Part shown: in pieces, positions 60,872 through 64,000 of the stretch
How the letters are laid out: each line of letters opens with the position of its first letter
How positions within the stretch are numbered: the stretch's first letter is position 1
Origin: Lachnospiraceae bacterium
Lineage (GTDB): Bacteria; Bacillota; Clostridia; Lachnospirales; Lachnospiraceae
Length of the DNA stretch: 64,000 nucleotides
Direction: 5' to 3'
Assembly: GCA_045639565.1 (NCBI GenBank)
Contig: JAZUDH010000092.1
Coordinates: forward strand, 29,466 to 93,465
Made by a program: the position numbers and the translations under genes
The notes under the pieces: model-generated
Databases searched by the model: none
What the model saw: only the letters and a program-made list of their open reading frames with translations
What the model was told of the DNA's origin: nothing

Positions 60872-61773
60872 TGAATACATCTGTAAATATTGCGGGAGTA
60901 ACATTCAAAAACCCTGTTACTACCGCTTCTGGAACATTTGGATCAGGAATGGAATATGGTGAATTTGTAGATCTAAATAGATTGGGTGCAGTTACAACTA
61001 AAGGAGTTGCACTAAATCCATGGCCAGGCAATCCTACAATAAGGGTGACTGAAGTATACGGGGGAATGTTAAACGCGATAGGACTTCAAAATCCTGGTAT
61101 TGATGTCTTTACCAAAAGAGATATTCCTTTCTTGAAGCAGTATGATACTAAGATAATTGTTAATGTATGTGGAAAAACTGTTGAAGAATACGTGGGTGTT
61201 GTGGAAAAGTTAGCTGATCAGCCTGTAGATATGTTAGAAATAAATGTATCTTGTCCTAATGTTAAAGAAGGTGCAATTGCCTTTGGACAGGATGCTAAAG
61301 CATTAGAAAACATCACTAAAGAGATTAAAAAGGTAGCTAAACAGCCAGTAATTATGAAGCTTAGCCCAAATGTTACAAGAATCGCAGATATGGCAAGAGC
61401 TGCTGAAAGTGCAGGAGCAGATGCTATTTCGCTTATCAACACAATAACAGGTATGAAGATTGATATAAATAAGCGTAAGTTTGTACTTGCTAATAAGACA
61501 GGCGGTATGTCTGGCCCTGCGATTAAGCCTGTAGCAGTAAGAATGGTTTACGAATGCCATAATGCTGTTAACATTCCTATCATTGGAATGGGAGGCATCC
61601 AGAATGCTGAAGACGCTTTAGAGTTTATTCTTGCAGGTGCTTCCATGGTTGCAGTTGGAGCAGCTAACTTTGCTAATCCACTAGCTACAATTGAAGTAAT
61701 AGACGGAATTGAAGATTATATGAAGAGAAATAAGATTGAAGATATCAAGGACTTGGTTGGTGTTGTTTCCTAA
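60871..61773 (+). CDS. pyrD: Dihydroorotate dehydrogenase B, catalytic subunit
   Basis: 300 aa, with 'NAIGLQNPG', 'EINVSCPNV' and 'GGMSGPAIKP'. Confidence 0.95.
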   Translation: MNTSVNIAGVTFKNPVTTASGTFGSGMEYGEFVDLNRLGAVTTKGVALNPWPGNPTIRVTEVYGGMLNAIGLQNPGIDVFTKRDIPFLKQYDTKIIVNVCGKTVEEYVGVVEKLADQPVDMLEINVSCPNVKEGAIAFGQDAKALENITKEIKKVAKQPVIMKLSPNVTRIADMARAAESAGADAISLINTITGMKIDINKRKFVLANKTGGMSGPAIKPVAVRMVYECHNAVNIPIIGMGGIQNAEDALEFILAGASMVAVGAANFANPLATIEVIDGIEDYMKRNKIEDIKDLVGVVS

Positions 61774-61816
61774 GTTTGATTAGTACTTAAAATAAAACCG
61801 GAAAGCAGGTGAAATT

Positions 61817-63571
61817 TTGAAAGAAAAGAAGAGTACATTATTAGCGGTATTGGGGCTGCTTTTTTCTGTATGCATGCTTTTCCCTTATTTTATATTAAAG
61901 AAGGGAAGCATCATAACATATCATGATCAGCTAGATGGAGAATTGCTATGCTATATTCTTCATGCTAAATACCTATTTACCGGGGTAAAGGTGTACCCGG
62001 AAATGATGAACGGCATACCAGCAACGGGGTTAACTCCTCCTGCCATGCTGTTTGTATTGCTATATAAAATATTTACTCCGTTTGTTGCACTTGGAATTTC
62101 ACAGTGGATAATTTATGCAGTAAGCTTCTTAGGCATGTATTTACTAATAAGAAAGCTTGGAAATGGGGATGTAGTAGCATTTTTATGCGGAAATATATTT
62201 ATGCTATTCCCCTTTTATCCTGTATATGGATTATGCATTCCAGGACAGCCACTGCTTTTATTGTGCCTATTAGTGCTATGCACAGAAACAAAGCCAGGTA
62301 AGAAAATAGCATGTTATCTGTATATCTTTATTTATTCGCTTTGCTCTTCGCTGGTACTGGTGGGATTTGCTGTACTTATTTTTGTAACTGTTTTTGGAAT
62401 AGTCCTGGCATTTAAAAGGGCTAGGGCCAAAGAAAGAATACCTAAGGCTCCTTTTATATCACTGGTGGTATTGCTTGTGGGTTATGTTGCGACAAATGTA
62501 GATTTGATTATCCAGGTTATCATGCCGCAAAGCGGATATGAAAGCCATAAAAGTGAACTGGTTCACTTCTTTGCTGACTTCAGGGAATCCTTTATGGGTG
62601 CTTTGTTCCCTGGAGTTGATTACACTGAGACCTGGCCTGTAATGGTATTGGTTTTGGGGCTGATAGCAGGTGCAATATTGATATGCAGCATTGTTAGAAA
62701 AGAGATTTTTGCAAGCGAGCTAAAGCATAGGTTTATGCTTGGAATATGCAGCATTTTGATTGCGTTAGTATGCATTGCTGGATATTCGGTTTACTATACC
62801 CAGCCTGTTTCTAAGCTTTTAGAAAAAATAGGTGGGGCAATCGGAAGCTTTAATTTAGGAAGAGTGGTATGGCTTACTCCAACAGCGTGGATAGTTTCAT
62901 TTTCATACTTTGCAAGAATGATATGTATATTCGCTGAGACTAAGAAGCATAGAAGCTTAAGATACATTGCAGGTTATGGCGTAGTATGGATAAGCGTATT
63001 TATATGGAGCATAGTTATTCTGATTCATAGTCCTATAAAAGCCAATGTCTCTAAGATAATTAAGGGACAGGACTATTATGCATTAGACTATGGGAAATTT
63101 TATGCGACAGATATTTATGATCAGATTGATAAAGCAATAAATCTTCCCAAGGATAGCTACAGGGTAGTAAGTCTTGGAATATATCCGGCCGCGGCTCTTT
63201 ATAATGGTTTTTACTGTCTTGATGGATATTCTAATAATTATCTTCTTTCTTATAAGCATGAATTTAGAAAGGCGATGGCTTCTGAATTAGATAAGAGTGA
63301 TTACATCAAAGGATATTATGATGACTGGGGAAACCGTTGCTATCTGATGACTGCTGAATACAATAACTATTTTGCGTTAGATAGAAAAAGGAATGGTGGA
63401 TTTCACAATTTATCAATAGATACAAATCAGCTTAAGAAGATGGGATGTAAGTATATTTTTGCAGCCACATGGATAGAAAACTCTGATGAGTTAGGTTTAA
63501 TAAGGCTTAGCGATGAACCATTTGTTTCAGATAGAAGCTGGTATAATATATACGTATATGAAATTATGTAA
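61817..63571 (+). CDS. Large polytopic membrane protein of unknown function (about 12 TM segments plus a C-terminal soluble domain)
   Basis: 584 aa with a TTG start. Many hydrophobic segments. Its architecture resembles glycosyl/lipid-transferase-like membrane proteins, but I recognise no diagnostic motif. Confidence 0.65.
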   Translation: MKEKKSTLLAVLGLLFSVCMLFPYFILKKGSIITYHDQLDGELLCYILHAKYLFTGVKVYPEMMNGIPATGLTPPAMLFVLLYKIFTPFVALGISQWIIYAVSFLGMYLLIRKLGNGDVVAFLCGNIFMLFPFYPVYGLCIPGQPLLLLCLLVLCTETKPGKKIACYLYIFIYSLCSSLVLVGFAVLIFVTVFGIVLAFKRARAKERIPKAPFISLVVLLVGYVATNVDLIIQVIMPQSGYESHKSELVHFFADFRESFMGALFPGVDYTETWPVMVLVLGLIAGAILICSIVRKEIFASELKHRFMLGICSILIALVCIAGYSVYYTQPVSKLLEKIGGAIGSFNLGRVVWLTPTAWIVSFSYFARMICIFAETKKHRSLRYIAGYGVVWISVFIWSIVILIHSPIKANVSKIIKGQDYYALDYGKFYATDIYDQIDKAINLPKDSYRVVSLGIYPAAALYNGFYCLDGYSNNYLLSYKHEFRKAMASELDKSDYIKGYYDDWGNRCYLMTAEYNNYFALDRKRNGGFHNLSIDTNQLKKMGCKYIFAATWIENSDELGLIRLSDEPFVSDRSWYNIYVYEIM

Positions 63572-63572
63572 T

Positions 63573-63608
63573 AAAAGACCCGAAGCAAAATGCTTCGGGC
63601 CTTATTTT
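63573..63608. terminator. Bidirectional intrinsic terminator
   Basis: aaaaga-cccgaagc-aaaat-gcttcggg-ccttattttt. Confidence 0.7.
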
Positions 63609-63991
63609 TAGTTCGTTGTAGTTGATGCAGATTCTTTTATCGCATCGAATTTAGACATTACTGCATCATAAGTCTTTTTAGAAATCTCTGGTAGCTTGCC
63701 GCCCCATGCTTTTTCAGCCTGTGCATAGCCTTTCTTGAATGCATCAACCATTCTATCAACCTTCGAAACATCACCGCCAGTTAAAGCCATTGCAAAGTCT
63801 ACTATTCTGTCTGAAGTTTGCTTTACACCCCAGTAACCGTTTTCTGATATGTCAGCTTCTGCCTGTGCTTTTGCTTCGGGTGAGACTGCAATTTTTTGTT
63901 CTCTTAAGGCATTCCACATACCGTTAGCATCAGCAAATGAACCACCCTGCTTAGAAATTAGTTTAGTGACTAATTCTTTGAGCTTAGTCAT
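63608..63991 (-). CDS. Hypothetical soluble protein, possibly truncated by the window edge
   Basis: 127 aa from the ATG at 63991, but the frame stays open to the window end (...DEQ before the M). 'YWGVKQTSDRIVDFAMALTGGDVSKVDRMVDAFKKGYAQAEKAWGGKLPEIS' is helical with no assignable function. Confidence 0.5.
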   Translation of the reverse strand: MTKLKELVTKLISKQGGSFADANGMWNALREQKIAVSPEAKAQAEADISENGYWGVKQTSDRIVDFAMALTGGDVSKVDRMVDAFKKGYAQAEKAWGGKLPEISKKTYDAVMSKFDAIKESASTTTN

Positions 63992-64000
63992 CTGTTCATC

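Overview
This window looks like core chromosome from a low-GC Firmicute, probably a Clostridia or Lachnospiraceae-like anaerobe. It is densely packed with housekeeping genes. I saw no transposase, integrase, CRISPR array, rRNA or tRNA.

Gene content in order:
- rplI 3' end and the replicative helicase dnaB.
- A pyruvate formate-lyase locus on the minus strand, made of PFL core, a small Cys peptide, a free-standing glycyl-radical domain, pflA and an untracked ferredoxin.
- A DUF1858-like redox protein, mecA and a GH18 spore-type hydrolase.
- tsaC, rpiB, upp and comEB.
- A coiled-coil SleB-type hydrolase.
- A methyltransferase translationally coupled to an 845-aa orphan.
- A minus-strand dnaD-like, dnaI and prs operon preceded by a DnaA-box cluster.
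- murC, glgC and glgD, then pth and mfd.
- A complete F1Fo ATP synthase operon (atpZ-I-B-E-F-H-A-G-D-C).
- An LplABC-type sugar ABC importer with no ATPase gene.
- mscL.
- A non-canonical Hsp70 with a giant J-like/TPR protein, placed divergently from three small paralogous membrane proteins.
- A T-box leader and type-2 ileS, then glgP and aconitase.
- A Ca-binding orphan and a degenerate GH9-like lipoprotein.
- plsC, pyrC, pyrK and pyrD, and a large polytopic membrane protein.

The most unusual signals:
1. PFL is naturally split just upstream of its glycyl-radical domain. Each piece has its own RBS. The gap holds a 67-aa, three-cysteine peptide whose N-terminus is a paralogue of the glycyl-radical domain N-terminus.
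2. The Hsp70 module has a J-like domain in which HPD is replaced by NPE, and its partner carries a C-terminal CxxCxxCxCC cluster.
3. The ATP synthase c-subunit carries a two-carboxylate, Na+-type ion-binding signature.
4. A 600-bp intergenic region holds a near-consensus promoter and nested long-range inverted repeats.

All calls come from reading the sequence and the supplied translations. No database search was run.
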